From assembly GCA_052426225.1 (NCBI GenBank), contig JBNJNM010000006.1, positions 1,860,001 through 1,924,000 on the forward strand: a stretch of 64,000 nucleotides of DNA, given 5' to 3'. Both the position numbers and the translations under genes were made by a program. Source of the stretch: Zancudomyces culisetae HAW-14-8. Its lineage: Eukaryota > Fungi > Kickxellomycota. This document shows, piece after piece, positions 45,567 through 56,555 of the stretch; positions within the stretch are counted from its first letter, which is position 1; every line of letters starts with the position of its first letter. Below the pieces are notes generated by a model. It ran no database searches, had not been told where the DNA came from, and was given only the letters and a program-made list of their open reading frames with translations.

Positions 45567-48500
45567 GGACAGAAAGGATCCACACCGGATGCTATCTATA
45601 GCAGAAATATTCCAGGATGACAACATCTCGACGGTGATGACAAAGGTGTCAAAGCCGCAAAACACCTCAACGAGTACGGCACGTTTACGCTGGGAGCTCC
45701 CAGCGAGAACAGACGGAGAAGTTGCAACGAAAGGCTATGAAGAACTTTGCTCACGAAACCCAAAAGCAGCTGGAAAGAGCCGCCTCACCGCTGAGACTAG
45801 ATACCGGCATTGATGCGTTAACCGGGGAAGTAAAACATCTTGCATTAGCAATGCAAAAGATAAAGGATAGGAGAAGGGAACCTCTCACCTGTTTACTTAT
45901 GATGAGAAAGGACACACGTCCAGAACGTGTAGAAAGAAACCAAACCGGGAAGCGGGAAGTTCCGAGCCCAATAACTCAGTTCTAGCTCAAGAGCTCCAGA
46001 AAGCACTGAGTTAGCTCATAAGAGACCGCGATGACCATAGGGAACATTCTGAACCCGCAGCGAGTAATAGCGCATCCAAGAAAAGATTCGGTCATGTACA
46101 CGAAATTACGACAGCAAGGACAGATATAAAGGAAACCACAAAGGAAACAACCGCCGTCTGAATTGGCTGAACAAGTGTTGTCACAAACAGCTCCGATAAC
46201 CATTAGCGAGTTAATTCAGACAAGACCCCGGCTAGCCAACGATATGATACGAAAACTCAAAGCGATACCAACCCAGGGAAATAAACCCCTGATGTTTTCA
46301 AATTCCAAGGGTCAAAACCGCTAACCAGCGAAGACCTATCATAGATAATGGGATATATTGGCGAACAAAGCGCACCCATGTTTATTGATACCGGAGCAGG
46401 TTACTCGTTGGTCCGCCACTCGTTGACCCTTAAGCTAGGCCTCTCGATAGAGAAGTTAAGTAGCCCCATATTTTTCCAGCAGATGGGAGGAGAGGCACTA
46501 AAATCTACTGAATCCACGAAACTCCATGTCACTTTTGAAGATGGGGAAAAAGTATTTATTAAGTAAATTTTAGTTCGTATTTGCATAGTTCCGTTCAACC
46601 TTATGATAGACATATTACAGGAATTGGAAGCTGTTATAAATTTAAAGAACAATTATTAACGTTGAAAACAGGAAAAATTAAAACAAATTACAGTTACTAA
46701 ACCAAAAATTCATAGTGTCATTAGATGAGGAGGAACATTCAGCTCAAGCGATGAAAACGATAACCAAAGTGTGAGTGGGTCAGCAGAGATCGAAGACAAG
46801 GAATAATATATTACGGTCCCATTTTATTATAGTAGTATAAATGCAGAGCTATCAGACGAGGGATGACCTGAGTGCATAGAATATAGTTTAGGAAGCCAAG
46901 TGAAGTCGATAGATAGTTTCGAGAAAATATCTCCACTTTTAACGGGATACGTAAAAATATTTAAAAAAGAAATAGGAACAAAATTTATTAGAAATGCGAA
47001 GTTCAAAATAAAAGTAGTACCGGAAGCAGAGCCGTTACCGCAAAGTTGCGCAGGTATCCACCGGAAAAATGGAAAGAAATTCTGACCCATGTACATGATA
47101 TGGAAAGCAGTGAAATAACAAGTGTTGTGAATAGAACGTAGTTCTATAATTTATTTTTAATTAATTTTATTTCTATTTTAGTTATATTAAATTACTAAGT
47201 TGTATTTACTTTATAGTAAAGTTATATAACTTGATTTAGGTAATCATGTAATAATTTATTACCAATTCGATTTTTAGTAACTGTTATTATTTTACATTAC
47301 CAAAACAACACAATGTTGAACTAAACCCCAACATTGAAAATCATGAAACTAATCAAGGGTCAAACTCCTTGAATGTTTATCGAAGAAAAAATATTTTCTT
47401 AATTCGATTTACAAGGTCTTGCGACCTTGGTTTTTTTCATGAAATTTTCGCTGACGAAAAAGTATATAAACCCAACGAAATTCGTTGTGGAAATCGTCAG
47501 TAAAAAATATTCTCTTTAGTTTAATAAAGTTAATATTTTTCCAATCCAAGTTATACTAAATAAAATATATTAAACCAAGTTATAACAGTTTCCTCATCCC
47601 CAGACTAGACGACTGCATATTATCACTAGCTGGTGCAGCAATTATCTCCACCCTGGATTGTGCTAGTGGATCTTGGCAGTCACCGGTAGAGGAAAACTAA
47701 AAAAATTTCAACGCTTTCATTTCACGCAAAGGTTTTACGAATTTAACGTTTTACCATTTGGGCTCTCAAATTTTCCGGCTCATTTCTCGAGATTAATGGA
47801 ACGAATACTAACTCCTTATATGTATGAATATGCCGTTATTTATTAGGATGACGTGGCTAATTTCCACTAAGACGAAAACTCACATCTAATCCATCTAAAA
47901 AATATTTTACGTTTTGAAATTAAATATTGTATCATTAAATTTCGATAAGTGTCAATTTATGAAAATCAAATTTAATAATATGGAACATAGTGGGTCAAGA
48001 TAGACTATTAAACCTAATGCAAATAGCATGGAGGGACTGAAACTAAAACCTCAACCCAAGTATGTGAGGAGGTATGATCCATACTAGGAGTTGAAAACTA
48101 TTTTCGTAAATTTTTACCATTGTACGCTGAAAATTCAGCCCCCATATAAAAGTTTTTAAATTTCAACACAAGGTTTAACTGGGATAAAGGGTATATAGAC
48201 AGTTGGAACGCAAAAATACAATTCGAGCTTACAAGCTTTTCTAACGCAACCAAACCGGAATCAAAATTGTTTATTATTTACAGACGCCTCGGCCGTGGCA
48301 GTAGGCACAGTGTTAGATCAGAGAAACGGAGATTCCCTAATTCCAGTAAATACTATTCACATAAACTTAGCGACACGGTGACGTGATATTCGGCATACGA
48401 ACGATCGTGTCTGGCTATAGTGTTAGCCATCAAATATTTGCGTTCGTATTTAGCTTACAGCGATTTTACAGTCTATACCGACAATTCGGCTGCTAAATAT

Positions 48501-48716
48501 CTAATGACACGGCCAGATTTCACACTCCGTGTAGCCAAATGTATTGCAAAGTTAGCCGAGTTAGACTTCAACCTTAATCACCGCAAGGGAAAGGATAATC
48601 CCGTAGCAGTTTTCCTGAGTCGACCTATGTTTATCCCACTGCAAAACTATAAACACCCTGAACGCCAGGATCAACCAAGTACATCAGGCTTTCAAATTAA
48701 CATAATCGGTAAATAA
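45567..48716 (+). pseudogene. Heavily decayed Ty3/Gypsy gag-pol (CCHC, PR, RT, RNase H), interrupted by LTR 47123-47587
   Basis: Remnants TYDEKGHTSRTC, FIDTGAGYSL, IPRLDDCI, LDCASG, LPFGLSN, TDASAVAVG and HRKGKDNPVAVFLSR, with many stops and frameshifts. Confidence 0.82.
47123..47587 (+). mobile_element. Solo, probably chimeric, LTR (465 bp)
   Basis: TGTTGT...ATAACA termini and a TATA region homologous to the 51262 LTR. The flanks differ (acaag / gtttc), and the host RT lacks its SP..RLCVDYR segment across the insertion. Confidence 0.72.
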
Positions 48717-50040
48717 GTACAAATCCAGGTAATATATTATAATATTAAGGTTATTGACATTATATACTCATGATATTTTATTATATTTTTAAACACTTTT
48801 AATTATCAAAATTTTATAATATAATAATATTATTCACATATCTAAATCCATAAATTTGGAATTATAGAGAATGTTCTAATTTTACTATTTAACTTATAGT
48901 AAATATAATTAATATAAACTGTGGTGTCAACATGATTTTATACATTATTTATAAGTATAAAGTTTCAAATTAAACTTTTGTAGGTTTTTCAAGTATTTAT
49001 TAAACTTGAAACGTTAAAGTAAAAAAATTTACGCTTCGGAAATATGAATAATAATATGATACTTATAAATCCATAGTAATAATATAAATATACCATAATC
49101 AAGTTTTAATTATAGTACTGAGATCAAGTCGTGACAAAAAGTTATAATAAAGTATTTAATGTCGGACGTGACCGGGTAGTGCAATTCATTGGTCGGTTTC
49201 TAATAGTTATAAATCCTGTTAACTATCTCCCCTAACTCATGGAAAGGATTCCGTGACAGTTCAGGTTCTATATTCATATTGAATACTCCTCAACGGTCAC
49301 TGTCAAAAGAATAGCGTTATTATCCTTTTACTGTTGAATGATTGTCAGGGCCTGACAACTAGGTATATTTCTATTATTTATATTTAATTATTACTAGTAG
49401 TAAATATCTTGAGAATTATTAAATTGCTGAAGATTCACTTTCAATATAATCTATAGCTATACATAATTTTCCAAAACTACTTAAACTAAATAAAACGGTG
49501 TAATAACTAACTAGAGTATTTTAGAATGTTAGAATACAAGAATGATTACTAATCAATAGATTAATAATGTAAATCATGTATATTGCGCTACAAAATGTCG
49601 TAATTTTAACACGATACGTAATTACCTAATCTACTGCGCAATCAACAAAATCATATTTCCCTAAATGATATTTGAGAATATAGCGCATTAATTTAGTAAT
49701 TAATTACAAAAAATGTATTTAAATACAGATGGAACAATAAATCATGACAATATAACTGAATGGAGTTGCTATATGACCTTCATATAGATTTAATTATTTT
49801 TTAATGGATGTAATCTTCGCATATATGTCTAAACATTAATATAAGGAATAATTAATAAACCTTTTTATACGATCTTTTATTGTTCAAATGATTCTATATT
49901 ATACTTTCTTTTACTTGTATCTTTAAAACCAATAAAAAGTTAAGGATTCCTCATTGAGTGTATAAATGTGAAAATTTTACCCTTTCGCCAATGAACCACT
50001 AGTATTATTAGGTATCAACTAATATGAATAATCAACTATT

Positions 50041-50481
50041 TGTTAAATACCGATATTATACACAAATTTATGGTATTAACTAACTATCACACAGATAGTT
50101 TTTGAAAGAACTAAAAAAATATTTTTAACACACAGTAATTATTTAGAATTTCTAATAAACTTAATAAGTAATAAATGAGATTGTTAAACTTAGTTGTTCA
50201 TAAAGGGAAATGTATACCCTTTTATCAACTATGTTTGTAATACAACTAATTATAAATCTAAATCTAATTATATCATAAATATTTATATCTAATAAACTTA
50301 TTTAATTAATATAATGCATAATAATGATGATGCAATATTATTAATCATGATTATAAATAATTATGTTTTAAACTTTATTTAAATATTAATTAAATATTAT
50401 AAAATTTAAATTAATATATCAAAGACTCACATGTAATATCATTAATATTAGACAATAAATATTGTATTTAATATACAATAT
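50041..50481 (-). mobile_element. Diverged LTR of the 38119/62992 family, missing its U3 terminal palindrome
   Basis: Aligns by eye with 38119-38558 and 62992-63478 (tgtt..atacc.atattatacac; aaactta.ttgttcat; attgtatttaatatacaatattgtt). Confidence 0.78.
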
Positions 50482-51261
50482 TGTTGTGAATCAATTAAAT
50501 AATATTAGGTATTAGATAAAGCTATACAAGTGTGATAGAATTCGGCGTTAGGTACTAAGCCCCTAAAAAGGGACATATTTAAATAATATTATGTTAAGTA
50601 TTATACTCATAGCTAGCTTACGATTGAATTTCATTAATATTTTAACATTTATATTTTAATTTTATAATTGGAGAAAATGACAAAATAATTCAAAAAAATT
50701 GCCATAAACTTAGTAAAAATATTAATAAGAATAATTTAAGGGGATATAAATGATTTTTATAATCTTCTATATAGATGAATTAAGTTTGTTTTATCCTTTA
50801 GTTCTATAGAAAATAAAGTAGTATAAAGATAAAAAATATAATATATACGGTACTTTAGTGAAACAACAGGTAGAACTTAGTCACTAAGTAACGGAAAATT
50901 AAGTAGAGCTTTTAAATTTGTTATTATATTACAGTAATGTTATAAAGTGTCTTGTACTACAACTAGACATTATATAATATCATCGCACCAATAACTATTT
51001 TATTTATTATTAATATTTAGGTTTATCAATTAATTATATTTAATATTATAGGATATTTAGTAATTATGTGTTGCCTAGTTTGTTTTATCCTTCTGGATTT
51101 TTTTTTATAAACATTCTGGTTTGTTATAATATTCAGTTTATATTATAAGTTTTAAATAATATTTGATATAAAGTAAATATGAGTAATTTAATTAAGTTTA
51201 ATTATGGCTAGGCGTTCTAGCTATAAAAATCATTTTCGAATAAATTTAAAACAAAAGGTTT

Positions 51262-52011
51262 TGTTAGGAATGGCAATATATTCCAAAAAATGGATCTTTG
51301 TTGGAATCGATCCTAAAATGTTAGGAATGGCAAATTTCCGGAACATAAATTTTAGTTTACATTTTTGTTCTATAAAAAATTAAACTATTTTATTATTTCA
51401 CTTACGACATTCAAATAAGCCATTCCGACATTGGAATCATGTATGCAAAATTCACCATGAAATCACAGTATTTATTATTGGGAAAATTGACAAAGAAAAT
51501 TAAAGAAAATTTTCAATAATTAAATTTATAAAATTCATGTTAAAATCGATATACAAAATCATAGGCAAAATCGATATACAATATCGTAGGCAAAATAGAT
51601 AACCAAAAACCATGATAAAATTGGATAACCAAAAACCATGATAAAATTCGATAAACAAAATACATGTTAAAATCGATAAACAAAATACATGTTAAAATCG
51701 ATAAAGTAATCTCATGAATAAATCAAACAAGAAGTTTGATAAACTCAATTTTGATAGTTACTTTAAATTAGTTCATTTTTACATAGTAAAATTTTAAAAC
51801 TAAAAAATTATTATCACTAAGTTTTTTCATAGCAAATTTCTCTGATGAAAAAATATATAAACCCTTCGAAATTCCGTTGGGATACATCAGAGAAAAATAT
51901 ATCATTAACTCATCTAATAATATATTTTTCTAAATAACTACTTCTTCCTAATAAATAATAATACTGAATATTAATCACAGCATAGTTATAAGCAGCTCAT
52001 TGTTTATAACA
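51262..52011 (+). repeat. 5' LTR
   Basis: Direct repeat of 56556-57305. Confidence 0.97.
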
Positions 52012-52013
52012 TA

Positions 52014-52025
52014 ATATTTTTCTCT
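52014..52025 (+). promoter_or_regulatory. Self-priming primer-binding site
   Basis: ATATTTTTCTCT is the exact reverse complement of AGAGAAAAATAT in the LTR (51889-51900). No TGG-initiated tRNA-type PBS is present. Confidence 0.82.
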
Positions 52026-52180
52026 CTGCCGTCTCCAAAGATCCAGGCCAGACTTCACCAGTAAAATCAAGCTTTCACATAGCTGTCTTTCTGTATTCCG
52101 CTGTATAATCCAGTATCCGTCAAAGTGTCCTGTTTCAGCGTACACCGCCTCCCTTAAGTATTGCTACCATCTAGTACACC

Positions 52181-53173
52181 ATGTCTGATCAAGAGCAAGT
52201 GCCAAACCCGAATGAGGTTATTCAAACCTTAATGGGTCAGATATCAAGACTGTCCGATGAAGTAGACACGCTTCGCCAGTCGGCAAGCTTCCAAAGGGCC
52301 TTCATTCCAGAGCCAAAGGTACCGACGCCAGAAAAGTTTGGTGGAGGAAGAAAGGACAATATAAAAAACTTTCTCTCCACAGTTAAAACAGTATTCAAGT
52401 TACAGCCAAGCCGTTTCCCAACTGATCACGTTAAGGTCCTGTACATCGGGACGCTCCTCACCGACGGGGCACAAACATGGTTTAGAACGTTGCAGGAAGC
52501 ACGTCATACCATTCTCTTTCAGTATAGAGACTTTATCAATTTGTTAGAAAGAACTTATGGCGAACCCAATTCTGTATGGGTTGCGCAAAATAAATTAAAA
52601 AACCTGCAGCAGGGTCGTTCGCGCTGTCTCGCTTACACTACACATTTCAAAAGTGTAGCGCTTGAGACAGAGTATAACGAACCCGCGCTCGTCAAGGCCT
52701 TCTACGAAGGATTAAATGACGAAATCAAAGACGCTCTCTCAACTCTGGATCACGTACCCACTACGTTTGAAGAGTTCACTTCTCTCTGTATCAGAATTGA
52801 TAACAGAATCTTTCAGAGAAGAGCAGAAAGGAACAAGGTTAAACCCTGGATTCCTCCCATGCATTATACATCTTCGGAGATTACCAGAATGGATGTAGAT
52901 GTAATGGGCACCCGTAGACTAACCGAACCAGAAAGAGATCACAGAAAACATAATAATCTCTGTTTTTATTGTGGTGGTTCAAACCACACTGTCCAGAATT
53001 GCCACAGGAAGAAAAAACACCAAGAATCTTTTATGAATCCGAACTCCGTAAATCTGAAGAAGACCCGTTCCCCAAGCAGAGACTCAGGGAAATCCATTAT
53101 TTCCAAGATCAAGAATCAAACTATTATTCAAGCAAAAAACCAGAGAACTCCTCAGAAATCAGAGGGTATCTGA
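52181..53173 (+). CDS. gag: Gag (capsid plus CCHC)
   Basis: PEKFGG, LLTDGAQTW, FYEGLNDEIKD, MDVD and CFYCGGSNHTVQNC. Confidence 0.93.
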   Translation: MSDQEQVPNPNEVIQTLMGQISRLSDEVDTLRQSASFQRAFIPEPKVPTPEKFGGGRKDNIKNFLSTVKTVFKLQPSRFPTDHVKVLYIGTLLTDGAQTWFRTLQEARHTILFQYRDFINLLERTYGEPNSVWVAQNKLKNLQQGRSRCLAYTTHFKSVALETEYNEPALVKAFYEGLNDEIKDALSTLDHVPTTFEEFTSLCIRIDNRIFQRRAERNKVKPWIPPMHYTSSEITRMDVDVMGTRRLTEPERDHRKHNNLCFYCGGSNHTVQNCHRKKKHQESFMNPNSVNLKKTRSPSRDSGKSIISKIKNQTIIQAKNQRTPQKSEGI

Positions 53174-56100
53174 AGGATTTTCATGAACCCTCACCGTCCA
53201 TGGAGTTTTATACTCATTATTTAAATAATACCAAGTTTTCTAATAATTTTTTAATTAATATCAAGATCAAGTATAAAAATAAAAAGATACATACCAAGGC
53301 TCTGGTAGATACCGGAGCATCAGGAAATTTTATAAGCAAAAGACTTATAAATAATCATAGAATCATGATCCAAACATTGGATAAACCCATAGAAATAATT
53401 CTAGCAAACAATAAACCTGCTAGCCATGGATTCATAACTCAGGCCACAGTTCCTCTAGAAATCATGATCAATAAACACATTAGCACGACTACATTCAATG
53501 TCGTACCGTCTCTCAGTTATCCCGTTATACTAGGATTGCCATGGTTAAAACAACAACAACCAATCATTGATTGGGTAAAACTGAAGTTGAACTTCAACCT
53601 GCCCGAATCTACTACAGATAATTTAACTCTTAGCCAAATTACCTTGTCTGAGAAATCATTTGATCCATACGATGATTCAGAAGATGAGGACTCATTTGAA
53701 AACCACTCCAAAAAACTACCCATGAAATATCAAGATTACTCAGATGTATTCTCAAAAAAGAAAGCAGACACATTGCCAGAACTTAGACCCTATGATTGTG
53801 AAATCCCGCTCAAAGACCCAGAAGCCAAGATTCCGTTCAAGCCGTTATACAACCTGTCAGGTCCAGAACTCAAGACTCTAGATGAGTATATCAAAGAAAA
53901 TCTCAAGAAAGGATTTATTAGGAGAAGTCATTTCACAGCAGGTGCTCCGATATTTTTCATAAAGAAAAAGGACGGAGGTTTAAGACCTTGTATCGATTAC
54001 AGGGACTTAAACGAGCTAACTGTGAAAGATCGGTATCCACTACCACTGATTTCTGAACTATTAGATCATCTCAATGATGCTAGAATATTTACCAAAATAG
54101 ATCTGAGAGGTGCATATAATTTAGTTCGTATGAAGCCAGGTGAAGAGTGGAAAACCGCCTTTCGTTCCCGATATGGACACTTTGAATACCTAGTAATGCC
54201 ATTCGGATTAACCAATGCTCCAGCTGTGTTTCAAGCAATGGTGAATGACATTTTCAGAGACATGTTAGACATTTCTGTAATAGTATATCTTGATGATATA
54301 CTAATATTCTCAGAAAATCAGGAATCACACAACATTCATGTAAAAGAAGTCTTAGAAAGACTAAGAACTCACGGTCTCTACGCAAAATTAGAGAAATGTC
54401 AGTTTGACCAAACAAGTGTAGAATTCTTGGGCTACATAATTTCAGATACAGGTATCTCTATGAGCCCAGAAAAAGTTCAAACTATTCTTAGCTGGCAAAC
54501 ACCAACCCATGTTAAGGGTGTAATGAGTTTCTTAGGATTTGCTAACTTTTACAGAAAATTTATCAAGGACTATTCAAAGATAGTCAGACCACTCACAAAC
54601 CTCACCAAGAAGGATATTCCATTTGATTGGACTCCGGAATGCCAGGATGCATTCGAATTCCTCAAGAAAACCGTTACTTCAGCACCAATTCTCGCACATC
54701 CAGATCCCAGTTTACCCTTTCACCTTGAAACTGATGCTTCAGATTATGCCATAGGTGCCGTGTTAAATCAACCAGTGTCCAAGACAGATTCCACTCTCCA
54801 TCCAGTTGCTTTCTATTCTCGCAAACTACTAGACGCCGAAATTAATTATGACATTCATGACAAAGAATTATTGGCTATAGTAAACGCGCTTAAACACTGG
54901 AGACACTACCTATGTGGAGCAATCCATCCAATCAATGTATTCTCTGACCACAGAAACTTAACATTCTTTAGAACAAAGAGAATATTGAAGCAAAGACACG
55001 CCAGATGGGCAAATACCTTGTCAGAATTTGACTTCAAGTTGTGTTACAAACCAGGTGCACTTAATCCAGTTGCAGATGCATTGAGTCGAAGGACCGACTT
55101 ATTACCTGAAACGGGGGGTGAATACACCAACCCACAAAAATATGAAGCCACAATCCTCCCAGCTTCCAAATGGATTAATGCTGCTAAAACTCAAACCCCT
55201 CAGGTTAAACTAATTACATCTGATAAAGAAAAATTTGAAATAATTCAGTCACGCCACGATGCCCTAACCGCCGGACATTTAGGTCAACAGAAAACTTTTG
55301 CTTTAATCGCCAAGGATTACTATTGGAAAGGAATGAGACAATACATTAATAATTATATCAAAGGATGTGATATTTGTCAAAGAAATAAAATCCACAGACA
55401 TAAGCCATATGGATTGTTAAACCCACTTGAAATCCCAGAAAAGCCGTGGTCCAAAATCTCTATGGACTTCATAGTAAAACTACCATCCTCAAATGGCTAC
55501 GATTCTATTCTTGTCATAGTGTGTCGCTTTACAAAGCAAGCACATTTTATACCTTGTAATGAAACCATTGATGCAGCAGGAACTGCAAAGTTATTCATAA
55601 ATAATATATTCAAGTTACATGGCCTGCCAATTGATATAACATCAGATAGAGGATCTCAGTTTAGATCAAAATTTTGGAAAGAAATCATGAATTTATTAAA
55701 AGTAAAAGTTAATCTATCTTCGGCTTATCACCCACAGTCAAATGGACAAACAGAAAGAGTCAACCAAACTCTTGAACAATACCTCAGAAATTACTCGAAC
55801 TACAATCAAGATAACTGGAGTACCTTACTACCATTCGCAGAGTTCGCTTACAACAACGCAGTAAGCTCAAGTACCAAGATGTCACCGTTTTATGCAAACT
55901 ATGGATACAACCCCAAGGCTGATTTTCTAAATACTAAAGAAAATATATCAAGTAATCCTGCAGTAACCTCGTATCTCAAAGTCATTCAAGAATCATGTGA
56001 AGAAATTAAGTCAACACTTAATCAATCTCAAGACAACTCAGTAAAACAATCAAATCGTAAAAGGATAAATATCAAGTATAAAGTAAACGATCTAGTATGG

Positions 56101-56505
56101 TTAGATCGTAAAAACATCAAGACTATGAGACCATCTAATAAATTGGATAATCAAAGAATAGGTCCGTTTCAAATCACGGAACAAATAAACAAAGTGGCTT
56201 ACAGATTAAAACTATCAGATGACATGAGAATCCATGATGTATTCCATGTATCACTCCTTGAGCCATATCATGCACCAATAATCAATGGACAAATAAAGCC
56301 AAGACCTGAACCCATCATCTTAGATAATACTGAAGAATGGGACGTAGAAAAAATTCTAGATGCCAAGAAAGCAAATAACAGAGCTTACTATCTCGTCAAA
56401 TGGAAAGGATTCTCAGACTGCGAAAACACTTGGGAACCAACAGAAAATCTTGAAAACTGTCAAAGACTAATAAAACAGTTTAATCAGAAATCCAAGAAAC
56501 CCTAA
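52969..56505 (+). CDS. pol: Pol (PR-RT-RNase H-integrase-chromodomain), in the -1 frame and overlapping gag
   Basis: LVDTGAS, YLDD, TDASD, H-x6-H...C-x2-C, SMDF/SDRG/ERVN (DDE), IGPF and a chromodomain EWDVEKIL..YLVKWKGF..NTWEP. Confidence 0.95.
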   Translation: MWWFKPHCPELPQEEKTPRIFYESELRKSEEDPFPKQRLREIHYFQDQESNYYSSKKPENSSEIRGYLKDFHEPSPSMEFYTHYLNNTKFSNNFLINIKIKYKNKKIHTKALVDTGASGNFISKRLINNHRIMIQTLDKPIEIILANNKPASHGFITQATVPLEIMINKHISTTTFNVVPSLSYPVILGLPWLKQQQPIIDWVKLKLNFNLPESTTDNLTLSQITLSEKSFDPYDDSEDEDSFENHSKKLPMKYQDYSDVFSKKKADTLPELRPYDCEIPLKDPEAKIPFKPLYNLSGPELKTLDEYIKENLKKGFIRRSHFTAGAPIFFIKKKDGGLRPCIDYRDLNELTVKDRYPLPLISELLDHLNDARIFTKIDLRGAYNLVRMKPGEEWKTAFRSRYGHFEYLVMPFGLTNAPAVFQAMVNDIFRDMLDISVIVYLDDILIFSENQESHNIHVKEVLERLRTHGLYAKLEKCQFDQTSVEFLGYIISDTGISMSPEKVQTILSWQTPTHVKGVMSFLGFANFYRKFIKDYSKIVRPLTNLTKKDIPFDWTPECQDAFEFLKKTVTSAPILAHPDPSLPFHLETDASDYAIGAVLNQPVSKTDSTLHPVAFYSRKLLDAEINYDIHDKELLAIVNALKHWRHYLCGAIHPINVFSDHRNLTFFRTKRILKQRHARWANTLSEFDFKLCYKPGALNPVADALSRRTDLLPETGGEYTNPQKYEATILPASKWINAAKTQTPQVKLITSDKEKFEIIQSRHDALTAGHLGQQKTFALIAKDYYWKGMRQYINNYIKGCDICQRNKIHRHKPYGLLNPLEIPEKPWSKISMDFIVKLPSSNGYDSILVIVCRFTKQAHFIPCNETIDAAGTAKLFINNIFKLHGLPIDITSDRGSQFRSKFWKEIMNLLKVKVNLSSAYHPQSNGQTERVNQTLEQYLRNYSNYNQDNWSTLLPFAEFAYNNAVSSSTKMSPFYANYGYNPKADFLNTKENISSNPAVTSYLKVIQESCEEIKSTLNQSQDNSVKQSNRKRINIKYKVNDLVWLDRKNIKTMRPSNKLDNQRIGPFQITEQINKVAYRLKLSDDMRIHDVFHVSLLEPYHAPIINGQIKPRPEPIILDNTEEWDVEKILDAKKANNRAYYLVKWKGFSDCENTWEPTENLENCQRLIKQFNQKSKKP

Positions 56506-56555
56506 ACATGATAAGCTATCGATCTCGCGGAGCTTGATCATAAAGATGGGGGTGA

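Noticed and set aside
37261-48716. Possible RIP-like mutation (TGT>TAT in two CCHC motifs, TGG>TAG in pol)
   Set aside because: Only a handful of sites. Other lesions are indels or transversions, and the two copies of the 38119/62992 family remain largely open. A family alignment would be needed.
48717-50040. Several TGTC.../...TGACA termini and a faint minus-strand RT-like trace
   Set aside because: No TSD pairs could be matched. Too decayed to delimit, so treated as TE debris.
51536-51725. Repeat array superficially like a CRISPR
   Set aside because: The units are contiguous with no unique spacers, lie inside an LTR, and there are no cas genes. The context is eukaryotic.
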